Shown here: one piece after another, positions 20,194-29,000 of the stretch | How the letters are laid out: each line of letters opens with the position of its first letter | Position numbering within the stretch: position 1 is the stretch's first letter | The notes under the pieces: generated by a model | Seen by the model: only the letters and a program-made list of their open reading frames with translations | Told to the model about the DNA's origin: nothing | The model's database searches: none | Source: Spirochaetota bacterium | Lineage (GTDB): Bacteria > Spirochaetota > UBA4802 > UBA5550 | Assembly (NCBI GenBank): GCA_963663865.1 | Contig: OY760686.1 | Span: 2,656,001 to 2,720,000, forward strand | Length of the DNA stretch: 64,000 bases | Direction: 5' to 3' | Position numbers and translations under genes: made by a program

Positions 20194-20909
20194 TCACTTT
20201 TAACTCCGCTCATTATTGTCGCAATACCTCCGGTCATGGGGATGATATCAATCCGCTCAAATCCGGCATTTTTCATCTCTGAGACAAGCTCATCCGGAGA
20301 CGCGAAATTCGACACAGACCCGGCGAGATACCGGTAAGCCTTCATCCTCCCCGACAGAATGCCCGCAACCAGCGGGAGAATTCTTCTCAGATAAAAGCCA
20401 TAAATAGAAGACATTGTCTTTGAAGACGGCCTTGTGAGTTCGAGAATGTGAAAACGCCCACCCGGCTTGAGCACTCTGAAGGCCTCGCTCAGCATTGAAA
20501 CGTAGTCAGGAACATTCCTGATTCCGAAAGCCGTATACACTCTGTCGTAGACAGAGTCCTTCAGCGGCAAAACTGATGCGTCGGCAATTAAGGCCGTTTC
20601 AATACGGCCGCTTTCAACACCCAACTCAATCATTGCACGGGAGAAGTCAATGGCACAGACGCTGACACCCCTTGACAGAGCCGGATATGTCATTGATCCG
20701 GTACCGCAGCATAAATCAAGCGCTGTTTCAGGATTGCCTTCAACTATCTCACGGATAAACCTCCTCCGCCAGATGTACTGTATCCCTGATGACAAAAATA
20801 CGTTCAGAAAATCATATCGGCGGGATATGGAATCAAACATACGGCGGATAATGGCCTTCTGTGCTGCAATCTCCAGCGGCCTGACTTCATTTGCGTGTTG
20901 AGTGTTCAA
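20190..20909 (-). CDS. menG: Demethylmenaquinone methyltransferase (UbiE/MenG)
   Basis: MFDSISRRYDFLN, LDLCCGTG, AFGIRNV, RVLKPGG, AYRYL. Confidence 0.9.
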   Translation of the reverse strand: MNTQHANEVRPLEIAAQKAIIRRMFDSISRRYDFLNVFLSSGIQYIWRRRFIREIVEGNPETALDLCCGTGSMTYPALSRGVSVCAIDFSRAMIELGVESGRIETALIADASVLPLKDSVYDRVYTAFGIRNVPDYVSMLSEAFRVLKPGGRFHILELTRPSSKTMSSIYGFYLRRILPLVAGILSGRMKAYRYLAGSVSNFASPDELVSEMKNAGFERIDIIPMTGGIATIMSGVKSE

Positions 20910-21991
20910 TCGAACATCCTCAATTCATTGTAGGATGAGTCACGCAGAACAGGCGTCAGACCGGCCTCTCTGATTATCCTCACAAACTGTTCAACACCCG
21001 CTTTGTTATTTATCCCTGCGGCTCTGACAACATTCTCTTCAGTGAGGACTCCGCCCATGTCGTTCACCCCGAAGGCGAGCGATATTGCCGCCGTATCGAG
21101 CCCCTCCGTAAGCCATCCGGACTGAATGAATTTCACATTGTCGAGAAAAATCCTGGATACTGCAACAGTCCTGAGATACGCGTCCGCGGTTGAAGGCAGC
21201 GTTTCAGCATCGCACCCAAGCTCCGTATTTGCAGGGGCGAATGACCATGGAATAAACGCCCTGATGGTTCCGGTTTCATCCTGCAAATCCCTGACAACAT
21301 TAAGATGTTCGGCCCTTTCCCGCAGGGACTCTCCCATCCCGTAGGTCATAGTGGCGCTCGACTGCATGCTGCAACGCGCTATTGAGCGCATAACGCTGAG
21401 CCACCTCGAAACACTGATCTTGTTCGGGCTTACTGACGACCTTATGCGTTCGACGAGCAAGTCTGAAGCCCCCGGAATTGAGTCAACCCCGGCGTCCTTA
21501 AGCCGCGCCACCGCTTCATCGTCTGAAATCCCGGCCAGTTCTGCCGCACAGGCAATCTCAGAGGGCGAATAGCTATGGAGCGCTATGCCGGGATGCCTTT
21601 CTTTTACGGCACGAGCCATCATCTCAAGGTGTTCAATTCCGAGCGAAGGATTCAGGCCTCCCTGCAGCATTATCTGCGAGCCGCCGGCCTCCGCAAGCTC
21701 GTCGGCTTTCTTCAAAATCTCGTCAATGCTGAGGGTGTAAGGCGGCACGTTGCCGGCGCCCGCGTGAAAGGCGCAGAAGCGGCAGCCCGCGCCGCAGATG
21801 TTGGTGTAATTTATTATGCGGTCGATTATGAATCCGGCCTGCGGCGCGGGTTGGACGGCGCGGAGCCTGGCCGTAGCAAGCGCCCCAAGCTCTGCAAGCG
21901 GAAAGCTGAAAAGAGCCGCCGCGTCGTCCACGTTCACGCGGGCGCCGGCGAGCACCCTGCGGGAAAGCTCCCTATTTGAAAGCGTCATCAT
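20906..21991 (-). CDS. mqnC: Cyclic dehypoxanthine futalosine synthase (radical SAM)
   Basis: IIDRIINYTNICGAGCRFCAF, MLQGG, AFIPWSF, EENVVRAAG; mqn operon context. Confidence 0.85.
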   Translation of the reverse strand: MMTLSNRELSRRVLAGARVNVDDAAALFSFPLAELGALATARLRAVQPAPQAGFIIDRIINYTNICGAGCRFCAFHAGAGNVPPYTLSIDEILKKADELAEAGGSQIMLQGGLNPSLGIEHLEMMARAVKERHPGIALHSYSPSEIACAAELAGISDDEAVARLKDAGVDSIPGASDLLVERIRSSVSPNKISVSRWLSVMRSIARCSMQSSATMTYGMGESLRERAEHLNVVRDLQDETGTIRAFIPWSFAPANTELGCDAETLPSTADAYLRTVAVSRIFLDNVKFIQSGWLTEGLDTAAISLAFGVNDMGGVLTEENVVRAAGINNKAGVEQFVRIIREAGLTPVLRDSSYNELRMFD

Positions 21992-22802
21992 TCACCCCCG
22001 CCCATGAGATACTGTCGACTCCGCTTAGCAGTCCTAAAAATGAGGCCTCTCTGTAATAAAACATAAGAGCTTCCCTAAAAGCATCATCGAACTCAAATCG
22101 AAGCAGCGAATAGTATTTTTCCGCGCTGTACTGTATCCGCGGATAAGCTGCCTCAGCAGCTTGAATGAGTTTTTTGTCATGTCCTTTAAGCATATCTATC
22201 GATTTTCTGTATGAGCGAATCACGGCGAAAACCTCATCGCGGCGGCTCTGCATTAACTCGCTGCGTAAGGCAAAGACGGCAAAGACTACCGGGTGTCCGG
22301 TCTTTCTCATCCACAGATCACCCAGGTCATAGGAATACTCGACCGGTTCCGCCGCAGGCCAGAGAGCCTCATTGCCGATAACAAGCGCGGCATCATAGCC
22401 TTCGCCCAGAGCGGGGTACGGGGCTGCCGGCACATAGTCGGGCTTAATGCCGAAGTACTTCTCAAGCAATATCTTCAGAAGAACAACTGATGTCTCCGAT
22501 GCCGTCGTCAGGCCGACCTTCCTGCCGTCAAGCTCCTCAATCGGCAATCTGGAGTTGAGAACTACCGAACGCACATACCCGGCCGAGCTCAGGCAGAAAT
22601 CCGGAAGCAGCGACACGCTTCCCTGCAGCCCCGGATAAACCGCTGCCGAAACCGGGCTCAGGTCAAGCTCTCCTCTTCGCAGCATATCATTAAGAACATT
22701 CGGCCTGGCCCTGACAACCACAACTCCCGAAAGCGGTTCGATTGAATCCATGTGGTAGTAAAACGGATAGCAGTTGAGATAGTCAATGCATCCAATCTTC
22801 AT
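21972..22802 (-). CDS. mqnA: Chorismate dehydratase
   Basis: IDYLNCYP, VRSV, SETSVVL, LVIGNEAL, DLGDLW...VFAVF. Confidence 0.9.
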   Translation of the reverse strand: MKIGCIDYLNCYPFYYHMDSIEPLSGVVVVRARPNVLNDMLRRGELDLSPVSAAVYPGLQGSVSLLPDFCLSSAGYVRSVVLNSRLPIEELDGRKVGLTTASETSVVLLKILLEKYFGIKPDYVPAAPYPALGEGYDAALVIGNEALWPAAEPVEYSYDLGDLWMRKTGHPVVFAVFALRSELMQSRRDEVFAVIRSYRKSIDMLKGHDKKLIQAAEAAYPRIQYSAEKYYSLLRFEFDDAFREALMFYYREASFLGLLSGVDSISWAGVNDDAFK

Positions 22803-23914
22803 ATTGACGCCTCCCCCGGGCAGCCTGTTTCATAAGAAGCGTTGCTTCTCACGGCTGTAAAGCCGGCAGTCTCTATGAGCTGCTTCAGCCTCCATGGCGA
22901 TCCGCTCTCAGGTGTCCTGGCTCCGGCCGAGTGGACTATTTTCTCAAAGCTGTAGGTCCCCCCGATATCGTCCGCTCCGAAAGAAAGAAGCGTCTGTGCC
23001 AACGCCTCGCCAAGGTACATCCATAATGCCTTGATGTGCGGCACATTGTGCAGAAATATCCTTGCCGCGGCGAAAAGCTTAAGCTCATAAACAGGGCTGC
23101 CGCCCGGAAAGCGTTCCTGAAACGGCGTTCCCGCGCCGTGAAAACGCAGGGGCACAAAGGTCTTAAAGCCGCCGGTCCTGTCCTGCAGACCTCTGATCGA
23201 AGCCAGATGAGCGGCTATCTCCCTGTCGCCTTCAATGTGGTTGTAAAGCATGGTGGCGTTTGTCCTGAGCCCCATTCCGTGAGCCGTCTCCATGACATTA
23301 AGCCATCTTTCGGTGGGAATCTTTTTCGGCGCAATTCTCTTTCTGATGTCGGCGTCAAATATCTCAGCGCCGCCCCCTGTTACGGCCCCAAGCCCCGCTT
23401 CCATGAAGAGGCCAAACACCCTCTCAAGGGGAATGCCGCTCTGCCTCGCTATAAAGTCATATTCAACAGCTGTAAAGGCAGCGATGTGAATTCCCGGAGC
23501 GGCTGAAGACACCGCTTTTAGAAGTTCTAAGTAATAATCGATTCCCAGCTCGGTATTCAGCCCTCCGACAATGTGAACCTCGTCGGCACCTGCTTCCGCG
23601 GCGGCCCTCACCTTTTCCGCTGCCTCTGCGGGACTCATCGTATAGGCGCCCACGTCGCCGCCACCCTTCGAAAAAGCACAGAGCGGACAGCGGAGCCCGC
23701 ATATATTTGTGTAGTTCAGGTTCATGTTGACACTGTAGTAGGCCCTGTCCGAGTTAATTTTTTTACGCAGAAAATCCGCAATCATACCGAGCCCGTTGAC
23801 ATCATTTGTCTCAAGCATAGGGAGGATGAAGCTCTCCGGAACAGGAGTACCGCTCATGACCATTTCAGCAACCGGCAGCAGGGCGCTGTCCGCTACAAGA
23901 TCGACATTAATCAA
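22799..23914 (-). CDS. mqnE: Aminofutalosine synthase (radical SAM)
   Basis: NLNYTNICGLRCPLCAF, EVHIVGG, GGGAEIF, NATMLY, HIKALW, EKIVHSAGA. Confidence 0.85.
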   Translation of the reverse strand: MINVDLVADSALLPVAEMVMSGTPVPESFILPMLETNDVNGLGMIADFLRKKINSDRAYYSVNMNLNYTNICGLRCPLCAFSKGGGDVGAYTMSPAEAAEKVRAAAEAGADEVHIVGGLNTELGIDYYLELLKAVSSAAPGIHIAAFTAVEYDFIARQSGIPLERVFGLFMEAGLGAVTGGGAEIFDADIRKRIAPKKIPTERWLNVMETAHGMGLRTNATMLYNHIEGDREIAAHLASIRGLQDRTGGFKTFVPLRFHGAGTPFQERFPGGSPVYELKLFAAARIFLHNVPHIKALWMYLGEALAQTLLSFGADDIGGTYSFEKIVHSAGARTPESGSPWRLKQLIETAGFTAVRSNASYETGCPGEASI

Positions 23915-24518
23915 TAGATTTATCCTCCGCGCCCCAGGGCCTGACCAGGCTGTTGGCTATTCCCAGCACTGAGAGTATTCTTCCGACTATGAAGTTGACA
24001 ATATCATCGGCAGTCTCAGGAAACGTATAGAAAGCCGGAGCCGGAATGACGATGCTGGCGCCGGCCCTTTTTGCCCGCACCATATTTTCAAGATGTATCA
24101 AACTCAATGGCGTCTCTCTCGGGACGAGGACAAGAGGCCTTGACTCCTTCAACGCCACATCAGCCGCCCTGGCGATGAGGCTGTCGGCCGAACCGCCGGA
24201 TACCGCAGCAAGCGTCTTCATTGAACAGGGCGCTATTACTGCCCCCTTCCAGTCCGAGCTTCCGCTGGCCGCCGCCGAAAAGAAGTCGCTGTTCGATGCG
24301 CATTTTAGGCCCTCATGATGTTTTACCGCTCCGCGCAGCCTCAGAACATCGGCGATATCAATCGGATTTTCTTTATCCCGGAACATCTCATAGCGTAGGG
24401 TACGCATTCCCCCATCGCTTGCGAGCGCGAGCACCCTTACACCGTGAGCAAGAAGCTCCTCGATTAGCCTGATGCCGATTATTGAGCCGCTGGCTCCTGT
24501 AATTCCGACAATGTACAT
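23907..24518 (-). CDS. ubiX: Flavin prenyltransferase (UbiX family)
   Basis: VGITGASG, APCSMKTLA, RAADVALKE, VPRETP, PAFY. Confidence 0.93.
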   Translation of the reverse strand: MYIVGITGASGSIIGIRLIEELLAHGVRVLALASDGGMRTLRYEMFRDKENPIDIADVLRLRGAVKHHEGLKCASNSDFFSAAASGSSDWKGAVIAPCSMKTLAAVSGGSADSLIARAADVALKESRPLVLVPRETPLSLIHLENMVRAKRAGASIVIPAPAFYTFPETADDIVNFIVGRILSVLGIANSLVRPWGAEDKSID

Positions 24519-24670
24519 AACATACCTCCGAACAGTCCGCGCGATAAGACATTTTCCAACCTGCTCTGATTAATGCAAATTATTAATCAGTTATATTGAA
24601 TTGTGCTTGTGTAACTCCGGGTGTGATTTTATTACTAAATAAGAGTAAGATATTCCAGGAGGACAGCTGA

Positions 24671-25378
24671 GTGAGTGTTATAATATTCAGGTTTTTTGTT
24701 TTTGCCTTTGCTGGATGGCTCGTAGAATCAACATACCGCTCGTTTTTTGCGAAACGCTTCATCAATCCCGGCTTCAACAGGGGCCCATGGGTGCCTCTAT
24801 ACGCGTTCGGAGCTCTTCTTATTATGGGGATCAGCTCTTTGACCGACGGGCTTTCATTCCCGGCAAAGACGGCCGTATACTTTTCAGTGATAACCTTTAT
24901 GGAGCTTTTAACCGGAGAGATACTGCTTCGTGTCTACAGGCAGAGGTTCTGGGACTACAGAGACAATTTCCTGAACTTCAGGGGGCATATCTGCCCGCTG
25001 TATTCGTGCGCATGGACTGTGATGGCCCTGCTGTTCGAGTTTCTCATCTATCCGTTCTATCTCGCTATTGAAAGCCATATCCCGGCCTCGGCCATCCCGG
25101 CTGTAAATGTGCTTATTCTGGCGGCCTTTGCCCTTGACTTCGCATTATCCTCTGGAATTATTGGGCTTGCCGGCAGGTATCTGAGATCAGACCGCATTGA
25201 AACCCGCCTTTCTGACGCTCTCGCTGATCTGAAGTCGCTTGTCTTGAAAAATGAACCGCTGGGGCTTGCGGCTGAACGCATCCGCAGCGCCGGTACAAGG
25301 CTTGTTGAAGCAGGGGCTGAGAGGAGCAGATGGGCCCGCGAAGAGCTGAAAAACCTCATTCAGGCGGCAAGACGATGA
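24671..25378 (+). CDS. Putative ABC transporter permease (CmpB/TMEM229-like membrane protein)
   Basis: GWLVES, NPGFNRGPWVPLY, FWDYR..LNFRGHICP. Confidence 0.75.
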   Translation: MSVIIFRFFVFAFAGWLVESTYRSFFAKRFINPGFNRGPWVPLYAFGALLIMGISSLTDGLSFPAKTAVYFSVITFMELLTGEILLRVYRQRFWDYRDNFLNFRGHICPLYSCAWTVMALLFEFLIYPFYLAIESHIPASAIPAVNVLILAAFALDFALSSGIIGLAGRYLRSDRIETRLSDALADLKSLVLKNEPLGLAAERIRSAGTRLVEAGAERSRWAREELKNLIQAARR

Positions 25379-25929
25379 ACGGCACCGAGGTTATCAGGGA
25401 GCTTCGAAAACACCCCTCTATCGAGGAGATACTCACTCATCCGCTATTTCTTTCAATGTCGCAGTACCGCCATCACGCTAACGTCAGCTGCCTTGAGCAC
25501 AGCCTGGCCGTCGCGGTAACGGCCTACCATATCGCAAAAGGGCGAAAGGCCGACATGGTGTCGGTTATTCGGGGCGCTCTTCTTCACGACTTTTACCTGT
25601 ACGACTGGCATACGGACAGCCCCGGGCTGCACGGCTTCAAGCATCCTTACATCGCCCTCGCAAACGCCACCCGCCACTTTGAGCTCAACAGGCTCGAACG
25701 GGACGCTATCGTGAAGCACATGTTCCCCATGACGCCATTCCCGCCGAAGTACATAGAATCGTTCATCGTGATGTGGGCAGACAAGGCGGTTTCGTTTAAC
25801 GACTACTTCCGGAAAAAGAAGAAGTCCTTGACCCTTTCGCCTGAGCTTACATTCACGGGCGAATTCAGAAGCTCAAATACCACACCGTCGGCATCCATGC
25901 CGGAAGAGCTTACACTTTACAGGCACTGA
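25375..25929 (+). CDS. HD-domain phosphohydrolase
   Basis: EHSLAVA, ALLHDFYLYDW, HP..A..NA, KHMFP, WADK; ATGA overlap with the upstream gene. Confidence 0.85.
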   Translation: MNGTEVIRELRKHPSIEEILTHPLFLSMSQYRHHANVSCLEHSLAVAVTAYHIAKGRKADMVSVIRGALLHDFYLYDWHTDSPGLHGFKHPYIALANATRHFELNRLERDAIVKHMFPMTPFPPKYIESFIVMWADKAVSFNDYFRKKKKSLTLSPELTFTGEFRSSNTTPSASMPEELTLYRH

Positions 25930-26002
25930 AGCCTCAGCCAGCAAACAGACGGACAGACTAAAACTGAAACGCCCCTACAATCCTGCCGCAAATCAGGAGC
26001 TG

Positions 26003-29000
26003 TTAAGGATAGTTCCAGTCAGTCGCTCCGGCATCATTCGTCCAGCAGAACTTGATCTGCCCGCCGGTCTCGTCGTAATAGCCCACGTACTGTTCAAGGT
26101 TGCTCATTGCGTCTATGGAGCTGTACTTACCGACAACGCCGGACACGCCGCCGCCATTATCGATTGTTGATGTTGTCCAGGTGGCCATATCCCAGCCCGC
26201 TCCTTTTTGTGCCCTGGCATACTTGAGGGCAGTATTGTCAACATCGTAATAGGTTATAAAGGCATCAGTATCGTCAATCATTGCAAGCGAAGAATACTGT
26301 CCGACATCAGCTGAAGAGTCAACATCTACATTGTCCCATGTACCCCATGTATTCACTGTTGGTGTGAACGCAAATTTGAGTTTATGATTCCCTTCATCGT
26401 AATAGCTTATATATGCCAGGCTTTCATTTGATACATTTTTATATGTACGAATACTTGTATATTTCCCTAAACTAGTACCAGTATCGACCACTGTATGGGT
26501 TGGAGTTTCAGAATTCCATGAACCAAAAGTGGCTGTTGTGCAGTACTGATGGGTAAATTTTAAAGATCCGGCAGTTGCGTCATGGTACGCAATATAATTG
26601 TAATAGTTCCCGCCTGCGGCCACGCATGTTATTGCCGTATATTCTCCAACATCATTAGTCCCGCCTGTATCGACTGTTCTTACGGCAAAAGCGCCTCCGA
26701 CATGCGCATACGCAAGCATCAGATTGCCATTGATCTCATCATGATAGCTGATAAAAGCATCAACAATTGTTCCGCTGTACATCATAACAAGTGAACTGTA
26801 CATTCCGACATTTGTGCTGGTGGTTGTATCTGCCACCGTAATATTGGTCGTTAAATCAGCCGCATTAAAAACACCCGAAGAAATCAGGGTCGATGCATAG
26901 GTAAACTTTAACTGCCCGTTATCGGCATCGTAGTAGCTAATCCCAAGGTAGAGATTAGCTCCGGCCTCTACTATTTTGAGCGATGCGTACTGGCCCATGC
27001 CTGCTCCATCGACGCCGTCCTCAACAGTCTGAATGTCCCAGGTAGCAAAGGTGTCCGCGTCGCTTGCCTGAGCGAACTTCAGCGTTCCATTGGTTTCGTT
27101 GTAGTAGCATGCGTAGACAAAGTCATAAGTGCCGTTGTTGTAGGTGGCGATTGATGCGAACTTGCCCTTGTCGCCCGGTTCCGGGTCTACTGTGCCCTGC
27201 CAGTCGATAGTAATCTGGGCGCTTCCGCTGTTTCCCGCCATATCAGTGACCGTCAGACGGATAATATATGTGCCGTTTGAATCAGCTGAACACGCGGTCG
27301 ATGACGAAGCCGCGTCAGCGAAATTAACTGTACCTGTTCCCGTGCCTCCGGCGACAACCTCCCAGAGGTAGGTATCTATTGCTGTTTCAGCATCAGAGCT
27401 TGTAGTCCCGTTAAGGTTAAATGTTTTGGTCTGAACCGAAAGGTCTGCCGGCGCGGATATCGCCGCGGTTGGACTGCCAGTATCCAGCTCAACAGCATCG
27501 TTTGCTTTCAGTACATTGCCCGCCGCGTCACGAAACTCTGCATAAACTGTTTTGGTCCCGTCTCCGCCCGTCAATGTGAATGGATATGCCGCATCGGCCG
27601 AATATGCAACCCAGCTTCCCCCTCCATCGGTCTCGCTGAAGCGCATCTCAGTCACCCCGCTCAGGGTATCGGACGCGCTGAAATTCAGCGTGACTGCCGT
27701 TGCCGCGACATAGGCCTCATTAATAGCAAAGCTTCCCGTTGGTGCCGCGCTGTCCCACATGACAGTGACGGTGTCGCTGTGAGTATTATTAGCCAGGTCA
27801 GTCGCAGTCAGTCTGAGAACGTATGTGCCGTCGAAATCTGCCGCGTCGAAGACCGGCGCCGCGGCTGCCGTGTCAGAGAATGTAACTGTTCCAGGTCCGC
27901 TGTCCTTACTCCACAGGTACGATTTAATCGCTGCGGTGGCGTCATTGACCGTGTCGTCGGTCGCTGAACCGTTAAGTGTACGGTCTGCGGTATTGGGGCC
28001 GAAGACCTTGTCAGCGCCGGCATTAGCGGTAGGAGGTGTAGTGTCCCAATGTACGTTGAATACATCCGGAGTTGAATTGTTCCCAGCATTGTCTGTTGCT
28101 GAATACGTGAGTTCATAAACCCCGTCTCCGCCCGGATTGTTAAAAGTTGGGTCATCAACAGACGTGCTGCTCAGATTAGCCGTTCCACCTCCAGATACTG
28201 TAACAGCGGACCATGTAACTGAGTAACCGCTTGAGGGCACATTATCATTACTTACACCATCAATTACGCTTGCGGTGTTGATATAAATGTCAGTATCTTC
28301 GTTTATGTATGTCGTTGGGTCATTTGTATCAAGAAAAATAGAATCACTGACTGTAATTGCATTGCCAGCCTTATCTCTGACATGCATATAAACCGTCTTG
28401 CTGCCATCAACCAGATTACGGCCAAAATCAGTCCCCGAAAGATTCCACACATATGGACTGTTAACAGCCTCCCATGGTGAAAATTGAGAATTATCCCCTG
28501 AAAGACTCATTTGATAGAGGTTAGTGTCAGTTACATCGTTGGTCAATGTGACAGATGGATTGTTTGTGTACGCGTCTCCGCTGTTAATGCTGAGCCCCGT
28601 TGAGAAAACCGGAGCCGTGTTATCAACCACGATTGATGTGATTCCGGTAGTTCCGGTGCTTGAGTTTCCTGCATTGTCCTTCGAATCAAGGGCGATGCTG
28701 TAGGCTCCGTCGGTCAGCGCGGTCGTATCAAAGGCTTCCGATGCTATTGCGCGCTTTGCTATTATAACCGGAGGTCCGCCGCCCGTTATCGTCCAGGTTA
28801 TCTTCTGTATTCCGGACGGGACAGCGCCGGGATCGACGGCTGTAGGGACAAGCGTCACCGTTCCTCTGGCGTTGTTATCAATAAAGATTTCGGCCGTTGT
28901 CACGTCTGAATCAGGTGGAGATGGGGCCGTATTGTCTACAAGCACTCCTGCCGCCGATGAGTTCGACGAACCGCCCGCCCTGTTGTATGCTACTGCCGTA

